In this document: positions 9,200-18,655 of the stretch, one piece after another
Position numbering within the stretch: the stretch's first letter is position 1
How the letters are laid out: each line of letters starts with the position of its first letter
Source of the DNA: an uncultured Eubacteriales bacterium
GTDB lineage: Bacteria; Bacillota; Clostridia; Oscillospirales; CAG-272
DNA: 64,000 nt
Reading direction: 5' to 3'
Assembly (NCBI GenBank): GCA_934486825.1
Contig: CAKSQF010000009.1
Coordinates: 11,298-75,297, forward strand
Program-made: the position numbers and the translations under genes
Notes under the pieces: model-generated
The model's input: the letters and a program-made list of their open reading frames with translations, nothing else
What the model was told of the DNA's origin: nothing
The model's database searches: none

Positions 9200-11026
9200 T
9201 CAAACAAGCACATCAGCAGTTGCATCTTCCTCATACTGTCTTGTATAAAGTGCATAATAATGTCCCTTCAGTGCCATAAGCTCGGAGTGCCTGCCCTCCT
9301 CCACTATCCTGCCGTTTTTGACAACAAGGATAATATCGGCATCAACCACGGTCGATAGTCTGTGTGCGATAACGAGCGAAGTTCTTCCCTTTGTGATTTC
9401 GGCGATCGCCGTCTGTATCTTCTTTTCGGTTATGGTATCGACTGATGCGGTCGCCTCATCGAGTATAAGTATACGCGGATCGGCAAGTATTGCCCTTGCA
9501 AACGAAATAAGCTGTTTTTCGCCGGTAGACAGCAGATCGCCACATTCGCCGACCTCGCTGTTTATTCCGTTTTCCATACGCGCCACAACTTCGTCCGCCG
9601 ACACGCGTCTGAGAGCCGAATCTATTTCTTCGTCTGTTGCGTCCGGTTTTGCGTACCGCAGATTATCAAGGACTGTTCCCGAGAAAAGGTGAGGGGTCTG
9701 AAGCACATATCCGATATTGCTGTGAAGCCAGAGTTGTGAGCGGTCCCGTGCATCTCTGCCGTCGATCAGCACTTTGCCCGATGTAGGCTCATAAAATCTG
9801 CACACAAGATTAACAAGGGTGGATTTCCCCGCGCCGGTCTCTCCGACGATCGCAACATTCGATCCCTGCGGTATTTTCAGATTAAAGTGATCGAGCACGG
9901 TCTCCTCTCCGTCCGGATAATGAAAGGAAACATCGACAAATTCGATATCACCGTTAAGCTTTTCGAAGTTTTCCCTCTTCGGTTCAAAGGTCGTTCCGTA
10001 TTTTTCGATAACATCGGGACGGTCGGCAACATCCGACTCGGTCGCGAGAAGCTTTGTCAGACGTTCGATATTTACCTGAACCGCGATCATATTGGAAATT
10101 GCATCAATCACCCATCTTATCGGTTCGATTATCCCCTGCGCATATGACATAAGGAGCGAAAGGGTTCCTATGAGCATCACTCCCTGCTGTGTAATTATAC
10201 CGCCGCGCCAGAGTACGATTGCGAGCGATATGGAGGAGGCAAAGATTATCGTCGAGCCGAACAATGCGCGTATTCTTGAGGTGTGCACCGACACCTTTTT
10301 CATTTCACTGCTGTCCTTGCGGAATCCGCTCTCTATCCTGTCTTCCACAACCAGCGTTTTTATTGTTTTTGCCCCGGTTATTGCCTCATTGAAATCACCG
10401 GATATTCTTGAGTTTATATCCCTTATCCTGCGGTTAAGCTCGGTCAGTTTCTTTTCAAGCACACCTATCAGCAGTGTGACTGCCGGAACGACGGCAAGTA
10501 TCATCAATGCGAGCGGAAGATTTACCGCAAGCATGACCGCCGCCGCGCCTATCATGTAGGATATCTGCCATACCCCGTCCATAAGGCTCCACGACACAAG
10601 CTCACCTATACGTGAGGTATCACTCATTATACGCGAATGTACATATCCTACGCTGTTCTGATTGAAATAGGAAAAAGAAAGCGTCTGGAGATGATTGAAG
10701 GATGCCTCGCGCAGATCCCTGTCAACATTCACCTCGATATAAAGCGCCTGATATGAAGAAATGTAGTTTGTCACCGACGACATCGCAGTTGCCACAACAT
10801 ACAGGACTATGAAAAGCCACAGAGTCTCAAGCTCGCCCTTTCCGACGAAAACATCTATTGCATAGCGCTGGAAGAACGGCAGGATAATATCGATAACGCT
10901 TACGGCAATTCCCATAAGGATCATCAGCGCATATCGCTTTTTGTATTTTTTCAGATAGGGCATAAGCCTCGGTATTCCGAAGAACCGAAGGTTTACCGCC
11001 TTTTTGTTTTCATTGTTTTCGGTCAT
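9200..11026 (-). CDS. ABC exporter, fused permease/ATPase (heterodimer subunit)
   Basis: N-terminal 6-TM domain plus GETGAGKST, LSTGEKQ and LILDEATASVD. Abuts the upstream paralog (stop and start adjacent at 11026/11027). Confidence 0.85.
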   Translation of the reverse strand: MTENNENKKAVNLRFFGIPRLMPYLKKYKKRYALMILMGIAVSVIDIILPFFQRYAIDVFVGKGELETLWLFIVLYVVATAMSSVTNYISSYQALYIEVNVDRDLREASFNHLQTLSFSYFNQNSVGYVHSRIMSDTSRIGELVSWSLMDGVWQISYMIGAAAVMLAVNLPLALMILAVVPAVTLLIGVLEKKLTELNRRIRDINSRISGDFNEAITGAKTIKTLVVEDRIESGFRKDSSEMKKVSVHTSRIRALFGSTIIFASSISLAIVLWRGGIITQQGVMLIGTLSLLMSYAQGIIEPIRWVIDAISNMIAVQVNIERLTKLLATESDVADRPDVIEKYGTTFEPKRENFEKLNGDIEFVDVSFHYPDGEETVLDHFNLKIPQGSNVAIVGETGAGKSTLVNLVCRFYEPTSGKVLIDGRDARDRSQLWLHSNIGYVLQTPHLFSGTVLDNLRYAKPDATDEEIDSALRRVSADEVVARMENGINSEVGECGDLLSTGEKQLISFARAILADPRILILDEATASVDTITEKKIQTAIAEITKGRTSLVIAHRLSTVVDADIILVVKNGRIVEEGRHSELMALKGHYYALYTRQYEEDATADVLV

Positions 11027-12871
11027 TTATTTTCCCTCTGCCGAATCGGCATCAGACAGCATACCGGTCTGTATACTGTATATTTTTGCATAAAGTCCGC
11101 CCGCCGCAACAAGCTCGTCATGCGTTCCCTCTTCAGCCACTCTGCCCTTATCAAGCACGATTATTTTATCGGCATGCATAAGGGTTGTTATTCTGTGTGC
11201 AATCAGTATAACGGTCGCGCCCGCTGTTTTTTCGGCAAGAGCGGCACGGATTTTGGCATCGGTTTCGGTATCGACCGCCGAAAGCGAATCGTCAAACACC
11301 ATTATCGGCTTTTTGCCCACAAGCATTCTTGCGATTGCCGCGCGCTGTTTCTGCCCGCCCGAAAGCGTGACTCCTCTTTCGCCGACAAATGTATCGTATC
11401 CGTTTGCAAACTGTTCAACCGTATCATCAAGGCACGCGATCGACGCCGCCTCCCTTATCTCGGGCAGCTTTGCTTTATCTGCCGTTATCCCTATATTTTC
11501 TTCAAGCGTTCTCGAAAACATGAACGGCTCCTGAAGTACCATTCCGATACGGCTTCTCAGCCATTTTGCACTGATATCCGAGATATCGATACCTCCGACC
11601 GTGATTTTCCCGTTTTCCGGCGGCAGATCATAAAGTCTGTCAAGCAGATACATCATTGTCGATTTTCCCGAGCCTGTTGCACCGAGTATTCCGAATGTGG
11701 TACCTGCTCTGATCTCAAAGCTTACATCATTCAGGATATTCGGACAGTTCTCGTAAGCGAAGCTCACATGGTCAAACACTATATCGCCATTCATATCGGG
11801 TTCAAGCGCTCCCGGCTTATCCTTTTCGGTTTCGGATGAAAGAATATAGGATATACGTTTTACCGAAACGCCTGCCTTACTCAGCTCGGATATCATACGT
11901 CCGAGCTGTCTTATCGGCCATATAAGCATTGAATTGTAGGAAATAAATGCGATATACTGCCCGGCTGTCATTTCCGACTTTGTACACATCACTGCGCCGA
12001 TCACGATTATGAGCATCACCTGCAAGCCGGATATGAAATCGGAAGAGCACCAGAAGGCGGACATGACCGTACCGAGCTTCTCCCAAAGTCTGCAATAAAA
12101 GTTATTCTGTCGGGCAAATTTATCCTTTTCGAAGCTTTCCTTTCCGAAGGCTCTGACAACGCGCACGCCCGTCAGATTTTCCTGCACGATTGCCGAGAGC
12201 TTTCCCTCATTTTCATCACATTCTTCAAAACGGCTTCCGATCATTCTGTGAAACAGAGCCGAATAGGCGATTATTACAGGCATTGTAAGCAATGCGGTAA
12301 GTGCAAGCTTCACATTCATCGAAAACATGAAAGAAAGGGCAAGCACAAGCATTATCACTATTCTGAATATTGACACAAGCTGTTCGGACAGAAAGCGTTT
12401 TACCATATCGACATCCGATGTACAGCGTTGTATGATATCGCCGGTCTGATTTTTCATATGCCATGAAAAAGGCAGATGCTCTATATGGTTAAAAAGACTG
12501 TTGCGCATGGTAAGCACGGTAGTCTCTGCCGCTTTTGTGTAAAAAACCGTGAAAAAGTAGCGCATCACAGCCGACACGAACGCGATCGCAACAATCGCAA
12601 GTGCGGGAATCCACAGGTTCTCCGCAAGGTATGCGACCCCGCCGACCGCATCTGCAAGCTTTTGCGCGGCTGTCGGCAGATTTACGGTTTCCTTTCCTAT
12701 CACGGCATCGACGGTAAAGCTCACTACCTGCGGGCTGAGCATATCTGCCGCCGAGCTTATCATGACCGTGATGACCGTTATGATGTAAAAGAGCTTACTG
12801 CCCTTTAAAAACTTCCAAAGCATTTTTGCATTACTGAATTTTTTATCTTTATTTCCGACTGATTTCTTCAT
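11027..12871 (-). CDS. ABC exporter, fused permease/ATPase (heterodimer subunit)
   Basis: TM domain plus [17 protein letters not shown] and MVFDDSLSAVD. Start placed at ATG 12871 (MKKSVGNKDKK); the 12904 alternative is not excluded. Confidence 0.8.
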   Translation of the reverse strand: MKKSVGNKDKKFSNAKMLWKFLKGSKLFYIITVITVMISSAADMLSPQVVSFTVDAVIGKETVNLPTAAQKLADAVGGVAYLAENLWIPALAIVAIAFVSAVMRYFFTVFYTKAAETTVLTMRNSLFNHIEHLPFSWHMKNQTGDIIQRCTSDVDMVKRFLSEQLVSIFRIVIMLVLALSFMFSMNVKLALTALLTMPVIIAYSALFHRMIGSRFEECDENEGKLSAIVQENLTGVRVVRAFGKESFEKDKFARQNNFYCRLWEKLGTVMSAFWCSSDFISGLQVMLIIVIGAVMCTKSEMTAGQYIAFISYNSMLIWPIRQLGRMISELSKAGVSVKRISYILSSETEKDKPGALEPDMNGDIVFDHVSFAYENCPNILNDVSFEIRAGTTFGILGATGSGKSTMMYLLDRLYDLPPENGKITVGGIDISDISAKWLRSRIGMVLQEPFMFSRTLEENIGITADKAKLPEIREAASIACLDDTVEQFANGYDTFVGERGVTLSGGQKQRAAIARMLVGKKPIMVFDDSLSAVDTETDAKIRAALAEKTAGATVILIAHRITTLMHADKIIVLDKGRVAEEGTHDELVAAGGLYAKIYSIQTGMLSDADSAEGK

Positions 12872-13035
12872 AATTCTTTCCCGTACCGTCCGGAGAACCG
12901 GCAATCATCAAAGCATCATTGGTGTAACGGCAACCATTATAGCACAAATTTTCTTCAAATTCAATAGTTTTTATTATTTCAGCCGTAAAAAACAGTAAAT
13001 CGGGTCAACAAACAATCTATTTTCCGCTTTTTATA

Positions 13036-13064
13036 TTGACTTTAACGTCATGCTGTGATATAAT
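13036..13064 (+). promoter_or_regulatory. Sigma-70-type promoter for the antiporter gene
   Basis: TTGACT (13036-13041), 17-nt spacer, TGaTATAAT extended -10 (TATAAT at 13059-13064). Confidence 0.5.
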
Positions 13065-13151
13065 TACCGACGTCGCATGTGTCCGGTCGCACTGCCTGCA
13101 GGTTGCTTTGCCGCACACTGCTTTTATGTTTAAAAAACGGAGAACAAAATA

Positions 13152-14192
13152 ATGGAAGCCTTTCTCATGTACCTTTTGTTTGTAATCGGTGTTGTAATCA
13201 TTGTCAAGGGAGGCGACTGGTTTGTCGATGGTGCCGTCTGGCTTGCCGAAATAACACGAATACCGAAATTCATAATCGGAGCAACGATTCTGAGCGTTGC
13301 GACCACTCTCCCCGAAATAATCGTTTCGACGATCGCCGCGGTTGAGGGGCACGGAATACTTCTGTCGGGTGTTCCCGATGCCGTCGCATTGTCGCAGGAC
13401 AAGGTCGGCATGGCGATCGGCAACGGCATAGGCTCGGTTATCTGCAACACTGCGATGATTCTTGCGATAAGCATCATATTCACGCCGTCTGTTATAAAGA
13501 GGAAGGATTTTGCTCCGAAGTCGGCGATTCTGATAATCGCAGTCGCAGCGCTTTTCCTGCTTTCACTCAGCGGATCGTTTTCGATGGTCGGAGCCGTCAT
13601 TCTTCTTATTATCTTTGCACTCTACATTTTCGAAAATGTACGTTCCGCAAAATCGGAACATTCGGAGGCAGGCTCGGAAGCTCCCGCAAAGGATAAAAAA
13701 TCGGTCATTATGAACATTCTGCGGATTGTTGTCGGTGCTGCCTGCATCGTTATCGGATCAAGACTGCTTGTAGACAACGGAAGCAAGATCGCTTCCTCAT
13801 GGGGCGTTTCTGAGGCGATTATCGGGGTCACGATAGTTGCGATAGGAACATCGCTTCCCGAACTTGTGACCGCAATAACCTCAATCATAAAGAAGCAATC
13901 CTCAATGTCGGTCGGCAATATCATCGGTGCGAATGTCATAGATACGACCCTGATTCTCGCAACCTGTTCGTTCGTATACGGCGGCAAGCTTCCCGTCTCG
14001 GTACAGAACATATATCTTGATTTTCCGATCGCAATCATCATATCGGCGATAGCCGCAGTACCCACTATCATCAAAGGCAGATTCAGCAGGTGGCAGGGAT
14101 TTCTGATGCTTGCAATCTACATCGTTTATCTTCTGATCTCAACCGTATGGCTTGCTCCCTATTTATCACTGTTCGGAGCAAAGCTCGCATAA
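13152..14192 (+). CDS. Ca2+/Na+ antiporter (CaCA / YrbG family)
   Basis: 346 aa, multi-TM, with duplicated alpha-repeat motifs (GATILSVATTLPE and VTIVAIGTSLPELV). Confidence 0.8.
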   Translation: MEAFLMYLLFVIGVVIIVKGGDWFVDGAVWLAEITRIPKFIIGATILSVATTLPEIIVSTIAAVEGHGILLSGVPDAVALSQDKVGMAIGNGIGSVICNTAMILAISIIFTPSVIKRKDFAPKSAILIIAVAALFLLSLSGSFSMVGAVILLIIFALYIFENVRSAKSEHSEAGSEAPAKDKKSVIMNILRIVVGAACIVIGSRLLVDNGSKIASSWGVSEAIIGVTIVAIGTSLPELVTAITSIIKKQSSMSVGNIIGANVIDTTLILATCSFVYGGKLPVSVQNIYLDFPIAIIISAIAAVPTIIKGRFSRWQGFLMLAIYIVYLLISTVWLAPYLSLFGAKLA

Positions 14193-14261
14193 CTATCCGG
14201 AAAAAGAAAAAACGACTGCAAAGATTTTAGCCGAGGTGCGATAACGAAGTATTTAAGTAAG

Positions 14262-14294
14262 GTGGCGGTACAGCGAAAGCTGTACCGCCACTTT
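14262..14294. terminator. Hairpin terminator between convergent genes
   Basis: 13-bp perfect stem gtggcggtacagc / gctgtaccgccac with a GAAA loop, followed by TTTG. Confidence 0.55.
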
Positions 14295-14300
14295 GCGTTA

Positions 14301-14531
14301 TCAGACTGTTTTCTTCTTTCGGTTTTTCATACCGAGTCTGCAATCGATTGCAATGCAATCCTCATCGGCAATATTTTTTATTCCGATAGTCTTGCAGTAA
14401 GGAGCTCCGGTAAAATGTTTTTTATATCCCGTTAAAATCATTTCCGGCTTTTCTTCAATTCTGTAATTCATTAGTTTACCGCCTTCCAAGATATAGTCAA
14501 TAGCGTTTTGTATTCCGGTCATCCAATCCAT
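14301..14531 (-). pseudogene. Remnant of an AraC-type / GyrI-like regulator (HTH domain deleted)
   Basis: MDWMTGIQNAIDYILE resembles the usual N-terminus of AraC-family/GyrI-like regulators. It is fused directly to MNYRIEEKPEMILTGYKKHFTG, the usual start of the GyrI-like domain, and then terminates early. An AGGAGGG RBS is retained. Confidence 0.4.
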
Positions 14532-14594
14532 CGTATCCCTCCTTATCTGCCAATATTCTATCAAACGGTGATTTGATTTTCCCGATAATCTGTG

Positions 14595-15200
14595 CTAACT
14601 GCAATCGGGTTTTTCTGTAATAAAGATATATGCAAATTCGGTCTCCCGCTTTTTTGTGTCGGCAAATCCGCATTTATGAAGCAGCAGCAGTGTCTCTTCG
14701 GGATCATCCGGGTAGATTTCAATGCTGTGGTCGCCGAAATCAAGTCGGCTGTCGCAATTTTTATCGATCGAAAGCACAAATCTTCCTCCCGGTTCGAGAA
14801 GCGAAAACACCTTTCCGATCGCCGTCTCTTTATCTCTGATATGCATAAAGGTGAGCGACGAATAGATGAGATCAAATTTCTCCGAAAAATCGTAATACAG
14901 GAAATCGGCACAGATAAGCCTTACGTTTCCCGACGCAAGGTGAGTCTCTGCGAGCCTCACGGTTTCGGGTGAAATATCTATTCCGCAAAAAGATCTGACC
15001 GCCGGAGCAACTCTGACTGCAAGCCGTCCGGTCCCGCAACCGATTTCAAGAACGCTCTGTATCTGACTTAGCTCAAGCATATCGATAAATGTTCCGCCGT
15101 CCCATTTATCCATGTATGCGCGAAGCTCCGGCGGGTCGAGCACGGGATCATTACCGAGCTTTGCAAGTGCGTCGTAATGGCTGATTATTTCATCAATCAT
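14595..15200 (-). CDS. Class I SAM-dependent methyltransferase
   Basis: Motif I VLEIGCGTGRLA followed by the acidic post-I residue (GIDIS). 201 aa. Confidence 0.8.
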   Translation of the reverse strand: MIDEIISHYDALAKLGNDPVLDPPELRAYMDKWDGGTFIDMLELSQIQSVLEIGCGTGRLAVRVAPAVRSFCGIDISPETVRLAETHLASGNVRLICADFLYYDFSEKFDLIYSSLTFMHIRDKETAIGKVFSLLEPGGRFVLSIDKNCDSRLDFGDHSIEIYPDDPEETLLLLHKCGFADTKKRETEFAYIFITEKPDCS

Positions 15201-15277
15201 CGCATTCTTCTCCCTTCTGTTTGTTTCACTGCCGGAATTATATCACATTCCCGCAAGAAAAGCAACATTCCAGAGAC

Positions 15278-15311
15278 GAAAAAGTGCCTCCCGTTATTCA
15301 CGGGAGGCACT
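15278..15311 (-). terminator. Rho-independent terminator of the feo operon
   Basis: Stem agtgcctcccg / cgggaggcact (15283-15293 and 15301-15311). A plus-strand A-run at 15279-15283 gives the U-tract on the minus strand. Confidence 0.7.
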
Positions 15312-15320
15312 CGGGTTATT

Positions 15321-15524
15321 TCAGCTTTTATGCTTTTTGTCGCTTTGTCCTTTATGGCAGGCTCCCGCCATGGCACAGTGAGCGCAATTGCATCCGCAGG
15401 ACGATTTGCCCTTCTTTTTGTCCCTGACAAGACTGAATATCACAGCCACAACAATCAGAATGAGTACAGCACAAATTATTATCGTTCCGATATTACCGGC
15501 AATCCATGCAAGCATAAAACTCAA
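15321..15524 (-). CDS. FeoB-associated Cys-rich membrane protein
   Basis: 67 aa: one TM helix, then KKGKSSCGCNCAHCAMAGACH. Sits directly downstream of feoB, the position and composition typical of this family. Confidence 0.75.
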   Translation of the reverse strand: MSFMLAWIAGNIGTIIICAVLILIVVAVIFSLVRDKKKGKSSCGCNCAHCAMAGACHKGQSDKKHKS

Positions 15525-15559
15525 AGCTCCTTTCGCAGATTTTCTTTCGGTTTACGCCT

Positions 15560-18079
15560 TTATACCTTGACCTTTTCGGTAAGCTTGGTAGCTTCCTTGT
15601 AGGGACGGACGAGCATGTAAATCATTCCCGCAAGGAGTACGACCGCAGCCGCGACGCCTATGATGCTTACGCTTACGTCATTACCCGCAATCTTGCTTAT
15701 AAGATTGCCGAACTGATTTATCATAAGAGCGATAACATAAGCGAATCCGCACTGATAGCCGATTGCGAACCATGTCCACTTCGTACTGTTCATCTCACGC
15801 TTGATTGCGCCGATAGCCGCAAAGCAGGGAGCGCAAAGAAGGTTGAATACCAGGAACGAGTAGCCTGTGATGCCGGTGAACTTCTCGGCAAGCGTTGCCC
15901 ATACATTGCCGGATGCGCCGTAAAGGATACCCATTGTGCCGACGATGTTTTCCTTAGCGACAAGACCGGTGATCGACGCAACGGTTGCCTGCCAGTTACC
16001 CCAGCCGAGGGGCTTGAAAATCCATGCTATCGCACCGCCGATTACGGCAAGAAGCGACTTGTCGATTTCCTCTTCGGAAAGCATACGGAAGTTGCCGTCA
16101 ACTACTCCGAAGTAGGTCGTGAACCATACAACGATAGTTGAAAGAAGGATGATCGTTCCCGCTTTCTTGATGAACGCCCAGCCGCGCTCCCACATTGAGC
16201 GAAGCACGTTGCCGACCGTAGGAAGGTGGTATGCGGGAAGCTCCATAACGAAGGGAGCAGGATCGCCCGCAAACATCTTTGTTTTCTTAAGCATGATGCC
16301 CGATATGATTATAGCCGCCATACCGATGAAATATGCGCTTGTGGCAACCCATGCCGAGCCTCCGAAGAGTGCACCGGCGATCATGCCTATGAACGGTACC
16401 TTTGCACCGCAGGGAATAAACGTTGTTGTCATTATTGTCATACGGCGGTCGCGCTCGTTTTCGATTGTACGCGATGCCATGATTCCGGGAACGCCGCATC
16501 CCGTACCTATAAGCATAGGAATGAAGGATTTACCCGACAGACCGAACTTACGGAAGATACGGTCAAGAACGAATGCGATACGTGCCATGTATCCGCACGC
16601 CTCAAGGAATGCAAGAAGAAGGAAGAGGACAAGCATCTGGGGAACAAATCCGAGCACTGCACCGACACCTGCGACGATACCGTCAAGGAGAAGCCCGGAC
16701 AGCCATTCGGGAGCCTTTGCAGACTCAAGTCCGTCACCTATAAGAGCCGGAATACCGGGAACCCATACAGGAAAATCAGCGGGATCGGGCTCTGCAAATT
16801 CATTGTTTTCGCCCGCGAAATATTCAACTGCTTCGAGGTAGGTGACGCCGATCGTTCCCGCCTTTTCGGCTTTTGTGAGATTTTCGGGGATCTTTGAGTA
16901 ATAAACCGTCATTTCGGTCTGCTCAAGAGTTTCCTCATCTTCAACGATAACGGTAGACTTTTCTTCATCTGTCTTGAAGTTTTTGATAGCTTCAAGAGCG
17001 GCTGCGGCATCAAAATCTTCAGCCTCAGTATCGACCTCAACAAACGCATTGATCGCGTTCATTGCATCGGTGTATGTATCAGCCGCTTCATTGTAAGCCT
17101 TCGCACCTATGCCGAAAAGATGCCAGCCGTCGCCGAACACACCGTCATTCATCCAGTCGGTCGCCATAGATCCGACGGTAACCATCGAAAGATAATAAAC
17201 GATGAACATGATAGCCGCGAATATCGGAAGTCCGAGCCAACGGTTCGTGACCACCTTATCTATTTTATCCGAGGTCGTCAGCTTGCCGACGCTCTTTTTC
17301 TTATAGCAGGATTTGATTATCGACGCTATGTAGATATATCTCTCATTTGTAATGATCGACTCTGCGTCGTCATCCATTTCCTTCTCGGCAGCGGCAATAT
17401 CCTTTTCAATATGTGCCATCGTCTCGGGAGCGATCTTGAGCGAAGTGAGAACCTTGTCATCTCTTTCGAATATCTTTATTGCATACCATCTCTGCTGCTC
17501 TTCCGGATAATCATGAACCGCCGCTTCCTCTATGTGAGCGATTGCATGCTCTACGCAGCCCGAGAATGTATGCATCGGAACGGTCTTTCCGTTCTTTGCC
17601 GCATCGATTGCGGCTTCAGCCGCCTCCATGATACCTGTACCCTTAAGAGCCGATATCTCAACGATCTTGCAGCCGAGCTGACGCGAAAGCTCTGCCGTAT
17701 CTATCTTGTCCCCGTTCTTTTTTACGATATCCATCATGTTTATCGCAATGACTACCGGGATACCGAGCTCGGTGAGCTGTGTGGTCAGATAAAGGTTTCT
17801 TTCGAGGTTCGTACCGTCTATAATATTCAGTATGGCATCCGGACGCTCTCCGATAAGGTAATTTCTCGCTACCACCTCTTCAAGTGTGTAGGGGGAAAGC
17901 GAATAAATTCCGGGAAGGTCGGTGACTATTACGCCGTCGTGCTTTTTCAGCTTGCCTTCTTTCTTTTCAACAGTTACTCCCGGCCAGTTGCCGACAAACT
18001 GATTTGAACCCGTAAGCGCATTGAAAAGCGTCGTTTTACCGCAGTTCGGGTTTCCTGCAAGTGCAATTCTGATGTTCAT
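15560..18079 (-). CDS. feoB: Ferrous iron transporter FeoB
   Basis: Start at ATG 18079 (MNIRIALAGNPNCGKTTLFN, the G1 motif), followed by DLPGIYSL and a multi-TM permease domain. Has a long acidic loop insertion. Confidence 0.9.
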   Translation of the reverse strand: MNIRIALAGNPNCGKTTLFNALTGSNQFVGNWPGVTVEKKEGKLKKHDGVIVTDLPGIYSLSPYTLEEVVARNYLIGERPDAILNIIDGTNLERNLYLTTQLTELGIPVVIAINMMDIVKKNGDKIDTAELSRQLGCKIVEISALKGTGIMEAAEAAIDAAKNGKTVPMHTFSGCVEHAIAHIEEAAVHDYPEEQQRWYAIKIFERDDKVLTSLKIAPETMAHIEKDIAAAEKEMDDDAESIITNERYIYIASIIKSCYKKKSVGKLTTSDKIDKVVTNRWLGLPIFAAIMFIVYYLSMVTVGSMATDWMNDGVFGDGWHLFGIGAKAYNEAADTYTDAMNAINAFVEVDTEAEDFDAAAALEAIKNFKTDEEKSTVIVEDEETLEQTEMTVYYSKIPENLTKAEKAGTIGVTYLEAVEYFAGENNEFAEPDPADFPVWVPGIPALIGDGLESAKAPEWLSGLLLDGIVAGVGAVLGFVPQMLVLFLLLAFLEACGYMARIAFVLDRIFRKFGLSGKSFIPMLIGTGCGVPGIMASRTIENERDRRMTIMTTTFIPCGAKVPFIGMIAGALFGGSAWVATSAYFIGMAAIIISGIMLKKTKMFAGDPAPFVMELPAYHLPTVGNVLRSMWERGWAFIKKAGTIILLSTIVVWFTTYFGVVDGNFRMLSEEEIDKSLLAVIGGAIAWIFKPLGWGNWQATVASITGLVAKENIVGTMGILYGASGNVWATLAEKFTGITGYSFLVFNLLCAPCFAAIGAIKREMNSTKWTWFAIGYQCGFAYVIALMINQFGNLISKIAGNDVSVSIIGVAAAVVLLAGMIYMLVRPYKEATKLTEKVKV

Positions 18080-18128
18080 ATTTACTCCTTTCGTCAACGG
18101 TTACCATAAGGCAACCAAATCTCAAAAA

Positions 18129-18350
18129 TTATTCGACTTCAATCATTTCCGCGTCTGCCTTGCGCAGAGAAAGCTCATATCCGCGGACGCTGACCTCAAC
18201 GGGATCTCCGAGCGGGGCAACCTTGCGGACATAAATTTCGGTGCCTCGTGTGATTCCCATGTCCATGATTCTGCGCTTGATCGCACCTTCGCCGTTCAGC
18301 TTCTTTACGGTTACGGTTTCACCTATTTTGGTTTCTCTCAGTGTTTTCAT
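18129..18350 (-). CDS. feoA: FeoA family protein
   Basis: 73 aa, SH3-like FeoA pattern (V.KL.G.G...RR.MDMGI..G..I). Confidence 0.85.
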   Translation of the reverse strand: MKTLRETKIGETVTVKKLNGEGAIKRRIMDMGITRGTEIYVRKVAPLGDPVEVSVRGYELSLRKADAEMIEVE

Positions 18351-18375
18351 TTGTTTCTTCCCTTTCTGTCTGTAT

Positions 18376-18588
18376 TTATATCATAATTTTTCTTGCCATC
18401 TCTTCGCTTATGGCAACGCGTGAATCTTTCACGTTTACAATCACGTTTCCGTTGAGAGAAGTAATGACAGTCACATTACCCCCGACGACAAATCCGAGAT
18501 TTTCAAGGTGTTTTTTTATTTCCGGACTTCCGCCGATCTTCTTTACCGTATTTTCTTCGCCTACATCGGCAAGTGACAATGGCATCAT
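18376..18588 (-). CDS. feoA: FeoA family protein
   Basis: 70 aa, second FeoA paralog. AAGGAGG lies upstream. Confidence 0.85.
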   Translation of the reverse strand: MMPLSLADVGEENTVKKIGGSPEIKKHLENLGFVVGGNVTVITSLNGNVIVNVKDSRVAISEEMARKIMI

Positions 18589-18600
18589 ATATCCTCCTTG

Positions 18601-18648
18601 GTTGCCCTTGGTTAACTACACTCTGTATTATAGTTAACTGAAGGCAAC
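18601..18648. promoter_or_regulatory. Putative metalloregulator operator (inverted repeat bracketing the feo -10)
   Basis: gttgcccttggttaac (18601-18616) and gttaactgaaggcaac (18633-18648) are imperfect reverse complements. A related palindrome, aagttgacctaaagcaactt, lies at 18690-18709 next to the regulator's own promoter. Confidence 0.45.
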
Positions 18649-18655
18649 TTGTCAA
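18627..18655 (-). promoter_or_regulatory. Consensus sigma-70 promoter of the feo operon
   Basis: On the minus strand: TTGACA (18655-18650), 17-nt spacer, TATAAT (18632-18627), ~40 nt upstream of the feoA RBS. Confidence 0.65.

Noticed and set aside
16119-18007. Long plus-strand ORFs (240, 223 and 295 aa) antisense to feoB. Similar antisense ORFs lie in capD (59429-60724), the ROK gene (62744-63406), the substrate-binding protein gene (8187-8807) and rsgA (45581-46219).
   Set aside because: They are shadow ORFs opposite well-supported genes, with no RBS and low-complexity or Arg/Ser/Pro-rich translations.
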